Of a stretch of DNA of 64,000 nt, positions 62,801 through 64,000 are shown piece after piece. Origin of the DNA: Isurus oxyrinchus. Lineage: Eukaryota. The translations under genes and the position numbers were made by a program. The stretch is taken from NCBI GenBank assembly GCA_026770705.1, contig JANJGN010000009.1:77004001-77068000 (forward strand), given 5' to 3'. Numbering within the stretch: position 1 is the stretch's first letter; every line of letters begins with the position of its first letter. Under the pieces are notes generated by a model that worked only from the letters and a program-made list of their open reading frames with translations, was not told the origin of the DNA and ran no database searches.

Positions 62801-64000
62801 GGGTTGCTGATGCCTTACTTCAGCTTAGATTTGGACAGTTCCCTGGTCCTCCTTTTGAACCCCTGGCAGCCTTCCAGTTGCTGCCTCAGCTGGTTAAAAA
62901 CACCCCACTGGGGCTCGCCACAATCCTGTCCCTGCCTGCAGCCCTTCCCCAATGTGGGAGCGTGTTTCACACTGGCCGGCCCTTAATTTGCCAGCCAGCA
63001 CAAAATCACATTCTCCCGACAATCATGGGCAGAAGCAGCAATCACGCCCACTTCCGGGCCTTCCGATTGCATGCACACACAATGTGTGCAAAATGTAGGC
63101 CCCAGAGTCCAGGACCAGGTAACAGCGAGGGGTCTCACAGCAGGCAAGGGAGGTCAGGCTCTGAGAGGGGGTACAGAGACTGGATGAGGGTCTTGATGGA
63201 GAGGCTGGCAAGGGGGAAGGTGCACCCGAGGGGTGGGGGGCACACCTTAAGGGTGGGGTGCCTGTTATGAAAGTGGGCCCTTGAGAGATGTGCCCACACC
63301 CTCCTCCCACCCAAGACCTGAGCAGTGTGTCCTGTCAGGCATCTTCCTTGTCCCTGAACACCTTCTGCTAGCCTCAAAATTGAGGTTGGGTGGAAAGTAG
63401 CCCTTAAGTTTCCAATAAGTGGCCACTTAAGGGCTTCAACTAGGGCAAGAGTGGGCAAGCCGCCCCAAGCCTCACCCACCCCATGTAAAATTGCAGATAG
63501 GTCAGGGGGGTGGGTGGGAGGCAGGCTGGCCACTTGGGGAATTTTACAGGTCCCCCAACCTGCAAATCCTCTCCTTACTGTATTGTTATCAATACACTAT
63601 AGGGAAAAAAGGGTCAAACTTAAGCCAGTAATATGTCTCTGGTGCAGTACTGAAATCTGACCCATTATGCACTGGCAGGCCTCTATAAATGTTTTAGAAT
63701 CATTATATAGTTTAAAATGCACTCTCTAGGTTTGTGTTCAAGGCTGAAATTAATGTTGGTTAGGATGACTTTGTTTGATGGCTAGACAGGAAATTAGAGT
63801 GTTTCATGCAATAAATGTTGTTTCACTACGTTGTTTGAGGTTAAGTCACTGCTCAAATCGGATGTGTCCTTCAGTAAATAGCTGACTAGAGAACAGCCAA
63901 TTGTTCTATTTACCAGTCAGTTTATTGCAGTATTGCACTTGCTAGACCCTTTATTTGTGGAACTTTTTTGAGATTAAATAAGTTGCAAAACATCTGAACC

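Larger units (their letters stand above)
57418..63102 (+). mobile_element. Near full-length two-gene PIF/Harbinger transposon, interrupted by a LINE
   Basis: TIRs ggctcgaatttt / aaaatgtaggcc with TSD ctg/cag. Same architecture and subterminal sequence as 48073-52631. Confidence 0.88.
57171..63560. mobile_element. Outer Harbinger-type MITE split by the 57418-63102 element
   Basis: Begins gggcaggatttt after tta. MITE-like sequence with ccacttaagg lies on both sides of the insert. Right terminus is unclear. Confidence 0.5.

Overview
This is eukaryotic, repeat-dense DNA, most likely from a shark or other elasmobranch. That taxon call is an inference from HER1-like CR1 LINE tails, SacSINE1/DeuSINE-like SINEs and Penelope tails. 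No intact multi-exon gene or prokaryotic system is present, and almost all listed ORFs are transposon debris. The only host-gene signal is a probable signal-peptide exon on the minus strand (11788-11857), whose remaining exons are not evident in the window. The rest is nested transposable elements: a non-autonomous Gmr1-like Gypsy element with a SCAN-type gag (760-6500), five solo LTRs, CR1, L2 and other LINE fragments, SINEs, two Penelope-like families carrying minimal hammerhead ribozyme motifs, and many PIF/Harbinger elements. The Harbingers include two near full-length two-gene copies, three derivatives keeping mainly the Myb/SANT gene, and MITE arms. The most notable signals are (i) three independent 100-300 bp insertions templated from DNA within about 1 kb, (ii) hammerhead motifs in hairpin-forming Penelope remnants, (iii) an LTR ending in tandem PBS+terminus units, and (iv) Myb-only Harbingers with a shared subterminal motif. 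I cannot claim a new biological system from sequence alone. Boundaries were read by eye.
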